A stretch of DNA of 64,000 bases from Candidatus Eiseniibacteriota bacterium (lineage in GTDB: Bacteria; Eisenbacteria; RBG-16-71-46; CAIMUX01). Position numbers and translations under genes: made by a program. Positions 1-12,152 of this stretch are shown here, one piece after another (positions within the stretch are counted from its first letter, which is position 1; the number at the start of each line of letters is the position of its first letter). The stretch is taken from the NCBI GenBank assembly GCA_020633975.1, contig JACKCR010000009.1:155119-219118 (forward strand), given 5' to 3'. The notes under the pieces were generated by a model. It was not told the origin of the DNA, made no database searches, and saw only the letters and a list, made by a program, of their open reading frames with translations.

Positions 1-113
1 GTTTGCTGTCCACAACGGTCTCTCTAGCCATCGGCCGGGGGACAACTCGGTGGACAACTACGTAGCATGGTCCTAAGACCAATAATTTAGGTAAGTTATC
101 GGCGGAAGCGGAT

Positions 114-243
114 TGTGGATACTCTCGTGAGTAGTGACTCTTCCTTGTGGGTACTCACCCAGCATCTCCTGGCCACATTGTCCCCAATCCTTACCGCTTC
201 TGTGGATAACTCTGTGGATAAACCCTGCCGCAATGTGGATTGA
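114..243 (+). promoter_or_regulatory. DnaA-box cluster upstream of dnaA. TGTGGATAC at 114-122, two perfect TGTGGATAA at 201-209 and 214-222, TGTGGATTG at 235-243, all in one orientation; AT-rich stretch at 81-100
   Basis: Direct reading of the sequence. TGTGGATAA is the reverse complement of the TTATCCACA DnaA-box consensus. The boxes end 26 nt before the dnaA ATG at 269. Confidence 0.6.
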
Positions 244-268
244 GGAGTCTCTATTGCACTCGAATGGC

Positions 269-1801
269 ATGGCCCATCCAGAGGCCGAGACCTGGACCGC
301 GATCCTGGAACACATTCGACGTCGTGTAACCGAACAAAAGTTCGAGACCTGGTATCGTAAGCTTCATCCGGTATCTCTCGCCGACGATGTCGTGCTGCTG
401 GAGGTGCCCAATGCGTTCTTCGTGGACTTCTTCGAGGAATACAACATCCCGACTCTCAAAGAGAGCGTGCATCAGGTTCTCGGTGCCCATCCCGCCATCC
501 GTTTCCAGGTGAGGAAATCCGAAGATGGCTCCTCTGAGCGCAATCAGCTTTCGGAGGTCCAGTCCATGAATGAACCGAATGATCCTACTCCCGCTCCGGC
601 GGACACACCCGAAGCCGCAGATGTCTCTGTGAGCACTATCGCGGACAGGGTGCGCCGGATTGCCTATGATGCCGCTGAGAAAGCGACACCGCCTCCTTCT
701 ATGGAGACGACGACTGCAGGCCCTCCGCGGAGAATCCAACTGGAAACCAGTGGCCAGAGAGTGAGCGGAACGTTTCGTCCTCGATTCACGTTCGACAACT
801 TCGTCGTCGGGCGGGGGAACGAGTTCGCGTACGCCGCTTGCCAAGCCGTCGCGAACGATCCCGCGCGCACCTACAATCCGCTCTTTCTCCACGGCGGCGT
901 GGGACTGGGGAAGACGCACTTGATGCACGCCATCGGTGCCGAAGTCAGTGCGAGGAATCCTGGAGCGAAGATCTGCTACGTCTCGACGGAGCAGTTCATG
1001 AACGAGATGATCGAGTCGATTCAGCGCGGCTCGACGATCGAGTTCCGCAACCGCTACCGGAAACTCGACATGCTCCTGATCGACGACATCCAGTTCCTAG
1101 CGGGCAAGGAGTCGACGCAGGACGAGTTCTTCCACACGTTCAACACGCTCCATGGTTCGAATAAGCAGGTCGTGATCGCGAGTGACCGCGCACCCAAGGA
1201 CATCCAGAACCTCGAGGAGAGGTTGATCTCCCGGTTCCATTGGGGATTGGTCTCCGACATCCAGCCACCCGATCTCGAGACGAGGATGGCCATCCTTCGC
1301 GCGAAGGCGGAGGAGAAAGGGATCGTCGTCCCACCGGATGTGATTCTCGAAATCGCAAAGCTCATCCAGACCAACATCCGCGAACTCGAAGGCTCCCTCA
1401 TTCGGATCAAAGCGTTTGCCGATCTCCTGAGGTCGCCGATCAACGTGGGCCTGGTGCAGGAGGCTCTCGCGGACTACATCCGTGAACATGCGCGGCGTCC
1501 TATCGACGTAATGGATGTTCAGAAATACGTCGCGCAAGCTTATGGTGTTCCACCTGAATCACTTAGAGGTAAGCGTCGGACCAACAGCGTGGCTCATGCC
1601 CGGCAGGTTGCGGTGTTCCTGACCAAAGAGTTGACTGACCTCACCGTGGTCGAGATCGGTCGTCGGTTCGGGAACAGGGACCACAGCACCGTGCTCCACG
1701 CGGTCAAGAAGGTCCGTCAGTTGATGACGGAAGAGCCCGAAGTGAAGGTCCGGATCGAGCAGATGAAGCACGAGCTCGAGTCGCTCAGCCAAAGGTCGTA
1801 G
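269..1801 (+). CDS. dnaA: Chromosomal replication initiator DnaA
   Basis: ORF 134..1801 holds the AAA+ Walker A LHGGVGLGKTHL, the LLIDDIQFL box, and the C-terminal DNA-binding helix VAHARQVAVFL. Start moved to the ATG at 269 (MAHPEAETW...) because the first 45 codons of the track ORF overlap the DnaA boxes; 134 or 233 remain alternatives. Confidence 0.93.
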   Translation: MAHPEAETWTAILEHIRRRVTEQKFETWYRKLHPVSLADDVVLLEVPNAFFVDFFEEYNIPTLKESVHQVLGAHPAIRFQVRKSEDGSSERNQLSEVQSMNEPNDPTPAPADTPEAADVSVSTIADRVRRIAYDAAEKATPPPSMETTTAGPPRRIQLETSGQRVSGTFRPRFTFDNFVVGRGNEFAYAACQAVANDPARTYNPLFLHGGVGLGKTHLMHAIGAEVSARNPGAKICYVSTEQFMNEMIESIQRGSTIEFRNRYRKLDMLLIDDIQFLAGKESTQDEFFHTFNTLHGSNKQVVIASDRAPKDIQNLEERLISRFHWGLVSDIQPPDLETRMAILRAKAEEKGIVVPPDVILEIAKLIQTNIRELEGSLIRIKAFADLLRSPINVGLVQEALADYIREHARRPIDVMDVQKYVAQAYGVPPESLRGKRRTNSVAHARQVAVFLTKELTDLTVVEIGRRFGNRDHSTVLHAVKKVRQLMTEEPEVKVRIEQMKHELESLSQRS

Positions 1802-2251
1802 TTTCGACGGAAGTGACTCATCTACAATTTAAGTCACTACATAACAACATCTTAGTGTTAACGAAACGTGGGCTGGAGTTATCCCGGGTGCCGGGACTCC
1901 AGCCTTCTCTTTTATCCCGGGACGTTCAACAGCACTCGACACCAGTTAACTGACTGTGAATCCTACAATTACAGCTTTGGTTCGCGTAGTTCAACGCTAT
2001 CCACGCTCCTACTACGACTACTGTATTTCTACAACCAACTCCGTAGTAGGAAAGAAGAGTCCGGAAGGGGTTCCCCGTAAGACCTAACTCATTGCAGTCC
2101 AGGCTCCTGACTCCAGTACAGACTGGCCTTTCTGAGTGGACTGAATCGCTCCGATTCCCTATCCTCTCTCAATCTTGGCGACCCTTTCGTGGCGACGGAT
2201 TCCGCCTTCGGATCGATAGTTGCTTGAAGGCACTTCCAGGGTCGCCCTTCC
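1802..2251 (+). other. dnaA-dnaN intergenic region: candidate oriC/DUE. AT-rich 1815-1870, weak DnaA-box-like sites TTATCCCGG 1879-1887 and CTATCCACG 1997-2005, and an inverted repeat AGTGACT/AGTCACT at about 1813-1848
   Basis: A stretch of about 30% GC inside a 65% GC genome, with partial DnaA boxes. In many bacteria oriC lies between dnaA and dnaN. Confidence 0.4.
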
Positions 2252-2263
2252 GTGGAGGAAACG

Positions 2264-3415
2264 ATGAAGTTCTCGCTGGTCCAGAGCGAGCTGTACCGCA
2301 GCTTGAGCCTGGTTGCCGGTGTCGTGCCGGTAAGAAGCAACATTCAAGGGCTAGGCTCCGTTCGAGTCGAGGCGACGGCAGACGGACTTCTCAGCTTCAT
2401 GGGAACGGACCTCGATACGTTCCTGGTCACCAACGCTCGCGGAACGGTCGACGAGCCTGGTGTGGTGACGATCCCCGCGCGTCGATTCCTCGAGATCGTC
2501 AAGGAGCTTCCTGCAGATCTCGTCGAAGTGAAGTCGACTAGTTCCGGGATCTCTCTCAAGAGTGGACAGGGACGGTTCTCTCTCGTCGGTACCGATCCCG
2601 AAGAGTTTCCCGCAGCGCCCGAGATCAGCGAGGAGTCTGTCTTTGCCGTAAAGGGTGATGTTCTCGATCGACTGATCAAGCGCACGATCTACGCCGTCAC
2701 GACTGACTTCACGCGAGCAGAGCTCACTGCGGTCTTCGTCAAGGCGAACGATGGCGAGCTTCGTTTCGTCGCCACCGACGGACATCGACTGGCTCGCGCC
2801 GCGCACAAGGAAGACTATCCTGAGTGGGGTGGAGTGCTCATTCCACCGAAGGCACTCTCTCTCGTTCAGAAGCAGCTTCCCGAAGCCGTGGAGACGATCT
2901 CTCTCAGCACGAGCAAGCGGTACTGCCTCTTCAATCTCGGGAACAGCCGGCTCTACACGCGCCTTCTCGACGGAAGCTACCCGCCTGTCGAAGACGTCAT
3001 CCCGAAGGACAACAACGTCAAGGCTCACGTGAATCGCGAGCTGTTCATCGCGTCGCTTCGAAGAGTCTCGGTGATCAGCGAAACGACGACCAAACAGGTG
3101 AAGCTGAGTTTGGTCCCCGGTGGGCTCACTCTAAGCGGGCAAGCTCAGAATGTCGGAGAGGCGGAGGAAGAGCTTCCGGCATCCTACGAGGGGGAAGCGT
3201 TCCACATCGGCTACAACGCCACCTACCTTCTCGATCTTCTCCGCACGATGGACACTCAGGAAGTCCAGCTCTCATTCAAGGGACCGACGAGCGCTGGAGT
3301 CTTCACTCCGGTCGTGGAAGACGGCGAACCCGACCTGCTCTGCCTGGTCATGCCGCTCCGCCTACCAGGCACGGAAGGTTCAGGTTCGGCCGTAGCGGCC
3401 AGCGCGAAGCAGTAA
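2264..3415 (+). CDS. dnaN: DNA polymerase III beta sliding clamp
   Basis: Track ORF 2252..3415 (GTG at 2252). The ATG at 2264 (MKFSLVQ...) sits 4 nt after GGAGGA at 2254-2259. Three-domain clamp of about 385 aa ending MPLRL, the conserved beta-clamp terminus. Confidence 0.93.
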   Translation: MKFSLVQSELYRSLSLVAGVVPVRSNIQGLGSVRVEATADGLLSFMGTDLDTFLVTNARGTVDEPGVVTIPARRFLEIVKELPADLVEVKSTSSGISLKSGQGRFSLVGTDPEEFPAAPEISEESVFAVKGDVLDRLIKRTIYAVTTDFTRAELTAVFVKANDGELRFVATDGHRLARAAHKEDYPEWGGVLIPPKALSLVQKQLPEAVETISLSTSKRYCLFNLGNSRLYTRLLDGSYPPVEDVIPKDNNVKAHVNRELFIASLRRVSVISETTTKQVKLSLVPGGLTLSGQAQNVGEAEEELPASYEGEAFHIGYNATYLLDLLRTMDTQEVQLSFKGPTSAGVFTPVVEDGEPDLLCLVMPLRLPGTEGSGSAVAASAKQ

Positions 3416-3442
3416 GCAGCTTCGCCAGAGAAGGAACTCGAT

Positions 3443-5670
<2,228 letters not shown>

Positions 5671-5761
5671 TCCGTCGATGTCGTTTCCTCGGTTTTGCGT
5701 TTTATGAAGTATGAAAGCCCGCCGGAGACTGCCAGGCCCGACCGGGAAGTAAGAGGCGAGA

Positions 5762-8356
5762 ATGGCTGACGACACACAGAGAGTTCTACCGGTACTCATC
5801 GAAGACGAGATGAAGAAGTCGTACATCGACTATTCGATGTCCGTCATCGTCTCTCGAGCTCTACCGGACGTACGGGACGGTCTCAAGCCGGTTCATCGAC
5901 GCATTCTCACCGCGATGAACGACCTGAACCTGTACCACGACCGGCCATATCGTAAGTCGGCCAAGATCGCCGGTGACGTGACGGGTAACTACCACCCGCA
6001 CGGTACCGTCGCGGTCTACGACACACTCGTGCGCCTCGTCCAGGACTTCTCCCTTCGCCACCCACTCGTCGATGGACAGGGGAACTTCGGTTCGATCGAC
6101 GGCGACGCGGCGGCGGCCGAGCGGTATACGGAAGCTCGTCTCAGTGAGATCGCAGAGGAGATGCTCCGCGATCTCGACAAGGAAACGGTCGACTTCCGTC
6201 CCAACTACGACGAGACACGACAGGAGCCGGTCGTCCTTCCGGCCAGCTTCCCGAACCTACTCGTCAACGGGACGTCCGGGATCGCGGTCGGCATGGCGAC
6301 GAACATCCCGACGCACAACCTCTCTGAAGTGATCGACGCCTGCGTCCTCTGCATCGATCGGCCGGAATGCACGATCGACGACATGATGGAGCACGTCATC
6401 GGGCCGGACTTCCCGACGGGCGGGCAGATCCTCGGTACGACCGGCATCCGGAACTGCTACCACTACGGCCGCGGGCACATCATCGTCCGCGCGAAGTCGG
6501 ATGTGGATGAGCTCAAGAACGGGAAGCTCGCCATCATCGTGAGCGAGATTCCGTACCAGGTGAACAAGGCGTCGATGCTGGAGAAGATCGCCGACCTGGT
6601 GAAGAACGGCCACATTACCGGCATCTCCGACATCCGCGATGAGTCCGATCGCGATGGCCTTCGCGTCGTGATCGAGCTCCGGAAGGACGCGCAGCCTCAG
6701 GTCGTGCTCAACCAGCTCTACAAGCACACACAGATGCAGACGACCTTCGGAGCGAACATGCTCGCTCTCAAGGACGGCCGTCCGCAGGTGATGAACCTCA
6801 AGGCGATCATCGAGGCGTTCCTCGAGCACCGTCACGAGGTGATCGTTCGCCGAAGCCAGTACGAGCTCGAGCAGGCAAAGAAGCGTGCGCACATCCTGGA
6901 AGGTCTGCTCAAGGCGCTCGATCACATCGATGCGATCATCCGCCTGATCCGCGAGAGTGCAGACGTAGAGACGGCCCGCCAGGGCCTCATGGAGCGGTTC
7001 GAACTCTCCGAGATCCAGTCGAATGCGATCCTCGAGATGCGTCTCCAGAGGCTCACCGGCCTCGAGCGTCAGAAGATCGAGGAAGAGTACAAGGAGATCC
7101 TGGCCCGGATCGAAGAGCTGGAGTCTATCCTCGCAAGCCGCGAGAAGGTCATGGCGATCGTCCGTGAGGACCTGCTCTCGCTGAAGAAGCGGTTCCACTC
7201 ACCGCGCCGGACCGAGATCGTTCCGGCCGACGAAGGAAGCTCGCTCCACATCGAAGACCTCATTCCGGAAGAGGAGATGGTCATCACCATTTCCCACGCC
7301 GGGTACATCAAGCGTCTTCCGGTCACGACGTACCGCGCCCAGAATCGGGGCGGTCGAGGGCTGACCGGCGTGAAGACGAAAGAAGAAGACTTCGTCGAGC
7401 ATCTCTTCGTCGCATCGACTCACACCTACCTCCTCCTCTTCACGGACAAGGGACGGTGCTACTGGATCAAGGTCTACGAGATTCCGACCGGAACCCGTAC
7501 GGCCAGGGGACGGTCGATCCTGACGCTGGTAGCGGCGGCGCCGGACGAGAAGGTCACGGCGTACGTCCCGACGAAGGAGTTCCCCGAGGACAAGTACCTG
7601 ATGCTGGCGACCCGGAACGGCACGGTCAAGAAGACGCCGCTCTCCGCGTTCGGGAATCCGCGCAAGGCAGGCATCGTGGCGATCGATCTTCGGGACAACG
7701 ACTCGCTCATCGGAGCCGCCCTCACCGAAGGAGACGACGACGTCTTGCTCGCGACCTCGGAAGGAAAGGCGATCCGGTTCAACGAATCGGACGTTCGCTC
7801 GATGGGCCGCACGGCGGCCGGTGTCCGTGGCATCAGCCTCTCGGCCGAGAACGATGGGGTTGTCGGGATGGTCGTCATCCACGATCGCACCATGGACATT
7901 CTCGTCGTGACCGAGAACGGATACGGTAAGAGAACCCCGGTCGAGGACTACCGTCTCCAGGGAAGAGGTGGACAAGGCATCATCAATGTACGGACCTCCG
8001 GCCGGAACGGCCAGGTGGCCGCGATCAAAGCGGTGACCGATCAGGACGACGTGATGGTGATCAGCAGCCAAGGGCTCATCATCCGGATGGCCGTGGCGCA
8101 GATTTCGCAGCTCGGCCGTGCGACGCAGGGAGTCCGCTTGATCCAACTCGGCGAAGACGAGCGCGTCTCGGATCTGGCCCACATCGTCCGTGAGGACGAT
8201 GAAGAGGGTGGAGATGGCGAGGGCGGCCCTGCGGATGGGGATGACGGCGGAGACGGAGATGATGGCGGCGGTAGCGGCGGTGAGGCCGGTGACGCAGGCT
8301 CCGGATCCGAAGGAGTGACTTCCCAGAATGGGACCCCGGGTGCGCACGAAGCGTGA
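5762..8356 (+). CDS. gyrA: DNA gyrase subunit A, with an acidic Gly/Asp-rich C-terminal tail
   Basis: N-terminus IEDEMKKSYIDYSMSVIVSRALPDVRDGLKPVHRRIL; active-site region AAAERYTEARL; six GyrA-box/beta-pinwheel repeats; tail EDDEEGGDGEGG... Confidence 0.97.
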   Translation: MADDTQRVLPVLIEDEMKKSYIDYSMSVIVSRALPDVRDGLKPVHRRILTAMNDLNLYHDRPYRKSAKIAGDVTGNYHPHGTVAVYDTLVRLVQDFSLRHPLVDGQGNFGSIDGDAAAAERYTEARLSEIAEEMLRDLDKETVDFRPNYDETRQEPVVLPASFPNLLVNGTSGIAVGMATNIPTHNLSEVIDACVLCIDRPECTIDDMMEHVIGPDFPTGGQILGTTGIRNCYHYGRGHIIVRAKSDVDELKNGKLAIIVSEIPYQVNKASMLEKIADLVKNGHITGISDIRDESDRDGLRVVIELRKDAQPQVVLNQLYKHTQMQTTFGANMLALKDGRPQVMNLKAIIEAFLEHRHEVIVRRSQYELEQAKKRAHILEGLLKALDHIDAIIRLIRESADVETARQGLMERFELSEIQSNAILEMRLQRLTGLERQKIEEEYKEILARIEELESILASREKVMAIVREDLLSLKKRFHSPRRTEIVPADEGSSLHIEDLIPEEEMVITISHAGYIKRLPVTTYRAQNRGGRGLTGVKTKEEDFVEHLFVASTHTYLLLFTDKGRCYWIKVYEIPTGTRTARGRSILTLVAAAPDEKVTAYVPTKEFPEDKYLMLATRNGTVKKTPLSAFGNPRKAGIVAIDLRDNDSLIGAALTEGDDDVLLATSEGKAIRFNESDVRSMGRTAAGVRGISLSAENDGVVGMVVIHDRTMDILVVTENGYGKRTPVEDYRLQGRGGQGIINVRTSGRNGQVAAIKAVTDQDDVMVISSQGLIIRMAVAQISQLGRATQGVRLIQLGEDERVSDLAHIVREDDEEGGDGEGGPADGDDGGDGDDGGGSGGEAGDAGSGSEGVTSQNGTPGAHEA

Positions 8357-9020
8357 TGCTCAGGACGCCGGGGGCGACGAGTCGACGCGCATTTCCGAGT
8401 ACACGGTCAGGCGGCTGTCCGTGTACTGCCACAACCTGGAAGAGCTAGAGGCCGACGGAGTCGACATGGTGTCGTCGGCTCGTCTTGCCGACCTCACCGG
8501 TACGAATCCGGCGCAGGTTCGGAAGGACCTGTCGTACTTCGGCAACTTCGGCAAGCGCGGGACGGGGTATCGCGTCACCGACCTCAAGAACCGGATCCGC
8601 AAGATCCTGGGTATCGATCGTCGGTGGAAGGTCGTGCTCGCGGGAGCCGGAAACCTCGGCTCCGCACTCTTTTCATACAAGGAGTTCGAGAAGAACGGCT
8701 TCCAGATCGTGGCGATCTTGGACAGCGACGAGAAGAAGGTTGGATCCCGCTGGGACGGTGTGCAGATCCATTCGATGGCTCGGTGTTCGGACATCGTGCG
8801 GAAGTCCGGAGCTGAAGTCGCCGTTCTCGTGACCCCTGCCGCTGTGGCGCAGGATGTGGCGGATCAACTCATCGCTGCCGGGATCCGCGGGGTGCTGAAC
8901 TTCGCGCCCGTGAAGCTCGACGCGCCGGACCACGTCCAGATCCGGAACGTGAACATCACGATCGAGTTGGAGGGGCTGTCCTTCGCCCTCCGCGGGAGGG
9001 AACCGGGAATCGACGAATGA
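8328..9020 (+). CDS. rex: Redox-sensing transcriptional repressor Rex
   Basis: Winged-helix N-domain (RLSVYCHNLEEL...VRKDLSYFGNFGKRGTGY) plus Rossmann NAD(H) domain (VVLAGAGNLGSAL...GVLNFAPV). The ATG at 8328 overlaps the gyrA 3' end by 29 nt; a GTG at 8340 is an alternative. Confidence 0.85.
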   Translation: MGPRVRTKRDAQDAGGDESTRISEYTVRRLSVYCHNLEELEADGVDMVSSARLADLTGTNPAQVRKDLSYFGNFGKRGTGYRVTDLKNRIRKILGIDRRWKVVLAGAGNLGSALFSYKEFEKNGFQIVAILDSDEKKVGSRWDGVQIHSMARCSDIVRKSGAEVAVLVTPAAVAQDVADQLIAAGIRGVLNFAPVKLDAPDHVQIRNVNITIELEGLSFALRGREPGIDE

Positions 9021-9949
9021 CGTTTCCGATCCTGCCAGCGATCGTCTGTCACCGCCGCCGAGCGGAAGCTCGGGCCGTTCCCCCCGATTCGGGACGACTC
9101 ACTCCTCCCGCCGGACCATTCCGAGTCCACGCGAGAAACCGGCTGGCAGCCCCCAGGACGACCTTCTTCAGCGCCCTCGCAGTCCTCTTCCTCGTTTCTT
9201 GCCTCCGTCCGGCAGCCACTGTGGCTCGGGACGAATTCCCCCAGGCTGTCGGTTACGTCAACGACTTCGCGCATGTCATTCCCCAGGCCGAAGAGGGAAA
9301 GCTGGAAGGGTTCCTCCAGAACGTAGACCAGAAGTACGGGATCCAAGTGGCGATCGCGATCATGCCGGACCTGGGGGGCGAGGATCCTACGGAGTACGCG
9401 AACCGGCTCTACGAGGCGTGGGGTGTCGGTGACCCGAACACCGATCGTGGTCTGCTCGTCTTGGACGCACGGAAGGAACGGTTCGTCCGGGTCGAAGTCG
9501 GCTACGGACTCGAAGGCGCTCTTCCAGACGCGCGGACCGGTGACGTCGTCCGCGGTGTTCTCATACCGCTCCTGGCCGCCGGCCGCACGGATGCCTATGC
9601 ACAAGGAGCGCTGGCACTGCTCGAGTTCGCGGTCGCGGACATGGGGCGCGACCCCGCCGAAGTCGACGCGTTGTTCGAGAGCGCTGGATACGTGGCATAC
9701 GCGCCCAAGTCCAAGGGCATCGACAAAGAGACGCTAGAGTTCCTCGTCCTACTCCTCGTCGTGCTCATCCTCCTTTCTGCGATGCGACGCGGAGGAGGCC
9801 GTCGACGGGGACGAAGGCGGACGGTCTACTGGGGTGGCGGGGGATTCGGAGGAGGCTTTGGTGGATTCGGCGGAGGAAGCTCCGGTGGCGGGTTCGGAGG
9901 CTTCGGCGGAGGGATGAGCGGAGGCGGCGGAGCCGGCGGCAGCTACTAA
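9017..9949 (+). CDS. TPM-domain (YgcG-like) protein with a signal/TM segment, a C-terminal TM and a Gly-rich GGFGG tail
   Basis: Core VNDFAHVI...LLVLDARKERFVRVEVGYGLEGALPDA is typical of the TPM phosphatase domain. C-terminal repeats GGGFGGGFGGFGGG. ATGA overlap with the rex stop. Confidence 0.75.
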   Translation: MTFPILPAIVCHRRRAEARAVPPDSGRLTPPAGPFRVHARNRLAAPRTTFFSALAVLFLVSCLRPAATVARDEFPQAVGYVNDFAHVIPQAEEGKLEGFLQNVDQKYGIQVAIAIMPDLGGEDPTEYANRLYEAWGVGDPNTDRGLLVLDARKERFVRVEVGYGLEGALPDARTGDVVRGVLIPLLAAGRTDAYAQGALALLEFAVADMGRDPAEVDALFESAGYVAYAPKSKGIDKETLEFLVLLLVVLILLSAMRRGGGRRRGRRRTVYWGGGGFGGGFGGFGGGSSGGGFGGFGGGMSGGGGAGGSY

Positions 9950-10083
9950 CCGGGACTCGGTGTAGACGCTCGAGGCGAGCGGTCGTTGGATGCGGATCGA
10001 CACGGGGGTGCTTCCGCCTTCCAAGCAGTGCGCCGACCCTTCGGGGACGGGCTCGCAGCGGAACCCTTTGGGAGAAACAGACG

Positions 10084-10794
10084 ATGGAGAATCGGGAACA
10101 GGTCGTGGACACCGTCCGACGGGACGTAGAGCGCGTGGCGGGGCCCGGTCTCAGGAGCCTGTTCCTCTATGGCAGCGCTCTGACCGAACAGTTCGTAGAC
10201 AAGGTCTCGGACTACAACTTCGGTCTCGTTGCCGACCCGGTGGACGTTCCGTTTCTCGAGCGACTGCAGTCGTTGGCGGGAAAGTGGGAGGAGCAGCGCG
10301 TTCCCGTTCCGGTCCTCTTCACGCCCAAGTTCTTCCTGCAAGCACGCGACTCGTTTCCTCTCGAGTTCCTCGCAATGAAGGCCTCCTACCGAGTCGTCTC
10401 CGGGGACGATCTCATCGCGGGCCTCGAGATCGACGTTCGTGACGTGCGTCTGGAGTGCGAGTGGGAACTCCGGTCCAAACTCCTCGTCCTGCGAAGGCAG
10501 TACGTCCGATCTCGCGGGGATATGCGGTTGCTTCACGACACCGTGGTGGAAGCGGTGCCGGCGTTCACGGCCATTCTTCGAGGCTGTCTCTTCTTCCTAG
10601 GTCGGGAGTGGGACGCTCGCGGCGATCAGCTGTGGCAGGAAGTCGAGGATGCGCTGGGAGTCCCGGCCGGCCTCATGCCGGCTTTGATCGAGGAAAGACG
10701 GGAGCGGGGCCATGGCGGTGGGGCGGTAGGGCCCCTGTACATTGCGCTCCTCGAAGCCACGGAGAGTTTGGTCCAGAAGGTGGACGCTTGGTGA
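10084..10794 (+). CDS. Hypothetical protein, possible nucleotidyltransferase-fold (GS-motif) protein
   Basis: LFLYGSALTEQF...D resembles the minimal NTase GS...D signature, but weakly. GAAACAGACG lies before the ATG. Good coding periodicity. Confidence 0.45.
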   Translation: MENREQVVDTVRRDVERVAGPGLRSLFLYGSALTEQFVDKVSDYNFGLVADPVDVPFLERLQSLAGKWEEQRVPVPVLFTPKFFLQARDSFPLEFLAMKASYRVVSGDDLIAGLEIDVRDVRLECEWELRSKLLVLRRQYVRSRGDMRLLHDTVVEAVPAFTAILRGCLFFLGREWDARGDQLWQEVEDALGVPAGLMPALIEERRERGHGGGAVGPLYIALLEATESLVQKVDAW

Positions 10795-10904
10795 TGCTGA
10801 TGAGCGCAGAGCGACTCGTCTCCGCCCGGCGGGGACCGGCCGAGAACGATTGCCTTTCCGACGGAGTCTGCTAGAAAGGTCGAGACGGGGCAAAGGAGAA
10901 CAAG

Positions 10905-11489
10905 ATGCGCGGTTTCCTCATCGGGTTGGGGGTACTCCTCGTCCTTGCGCTGGGCGTCGGGATGTGGGTCAAAGGCGTCTACAACGGACTCGTCACCGCA
11001 GATGAGGGCGTGAAGACCGGGTGGGCTCAAGTCGAGAACCAGCTCCAGAGACGGTTCGACCTCATTCCCAACCTCGTCCGGACCGTGCAAGGGTACGCGG
11101 CCCACGAGCGTGAGACGCTACAAGCGGTGACCGACGCTCGTGCCAGAGTCGGACAGGCGCGATCCGTCGATGAGAAGATCGAAGCCAACCAAGAGTTGGG
11201 CTCGGCGATCTCCCGCCTTCTGCTCGTCGTCGAGCGCTATCCGGATCTCAAAGCGAACGTGAACTTCATCCGTCTCCAGGAAGAGCTGTCAGGAACGGAA
11301 AACCGGATCTCGGTGGAGCGGCGCCGGTACAACGATCTCGTCCAGGCCTACAACATCAAGGTTCGTAGCTTCCCTACGTCACTCTTTGCTTCCATGCTCG
11401 GGTTCGAGCGCGCGAAGCCGTTCGAGGCCGACGAAGGGTCTGACGTGGCACCGAAGGTGGAGTTCCCGGGGACTGGCACCGACGGTTGA
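10905..11489 (+). CDS. LemA family protein
   Basis: N-terminal TM then VKTGWAQVENQLQRRFDLIPNLV...RRRYNDLVQAYN, a textbook LemA signature. AAAGGAGAA lies 5 nt upstream of the ATG. Confidence 0.85.
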   Translation: MRGFLIGLGVLLVLALGVGMWVKGVYNGLVTADEGVKTGWAQVENQLQRRFDLIPNLVRTVQGYAAHERETLQAVTDARARVGQARSVDEKIEANQELGSAISRLLLVVERYPDLKANVNFIRLQEELSGTENRISVERRRYNDLVQAYNIKVRSFPTSLFASMLGFERAKPFEADEGSDVAPKVEFPGTGTDG

Positions 11490-11516
11490 TCCGGTGGGTC
11501 CGAAGGCACCCGAGTG

Positions 11517-11942
11517 TCAGACGGACAGCAGGTAGAGGTGGTACCCGACCAGTCCCAGGAAGAGCAGGAAGAGGCTGGCGGCAGCGTGCCGGGTGTAGGG
11601 GAAGTTCTGGTGCAGTCCGAGCAGGAAGAGCCCTGATCCCGCCAGCCCGAGCTTCACGACGAGGAAGAGCCTCGGATCGATCTGGATGAGGACATCCATG
11701 ATCGGGTTGAGTTCGGTCCCGCCTCTCGCCAGATGGCCGAGGGTGAGCCACGCGTCGAGGATGTGGAACACGAAGGTCAGGGCGAGGATGATGGCCAGCT
11801 TCGTCCGGATCCGGTCCACGTAGTAGAACCCAGGATCCTCCTCCCGCCGGCGTGAACGACGTCGTCCGCCCACCCAAGAGTAGCGGCTCAACAAAGGCGT
11901 CGGCTTCCGCCTCCGATCAACTCCACGACGACGTCCGTCCAT
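11517..11942 (-). CDS. Small polytopic membrane protein (DUF5658-like) with an Arg-rich N-terminus
   Basis: Three to four hydrophobic helices and a DAWLTLGHLARGGTELNP motif. Convergent with LemA. Confidence 0.5.
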   Translation of the reverse strand: MDGRRRGVDRRRKPTPLLSRYSWVGGRRRSRRREEDPGFYYVDRIRTKLAIILALTFVFHILDAWLTLGHLARGGTELNPIMDVLIQIDPRLFLVVKLGLAGSGLFLLGLHQNFPYTRHAAASLFLLFLGLVGYHLYLLSV

Positions 11943-12152
11943 GATGTAGGAATTCTATCACCAAAACATCCAGTCGGAACGCGTTGTGACGTGAGTCATT
12001 TCGCCGGAAACGGCGGACTCCTGCCCATTTGAGCATCGAGCGGATGTGTCGTTCGGCACTGCCGCCCCAACCGACCGGTTCGGGTCCGGCGGTTGCGGCA
12101 CGGCCGACGAGTCCGGAGTCGTGACGATCCCCGCGCGTCGACTTGGATCCAC

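Noticed and set aside
6257-8347. 313-aa and 382-aa minus-strand ORFs
   Set aside because: Antisense to gyrA.
11465-11485. TGGCAC-containing sigma-54-like site (TGGCACCGACGGTTGAT)
   Set aside because: Lacks the GC at -12 (TGA instead of TGC) and lies inside the 3' end of the LemA gene.
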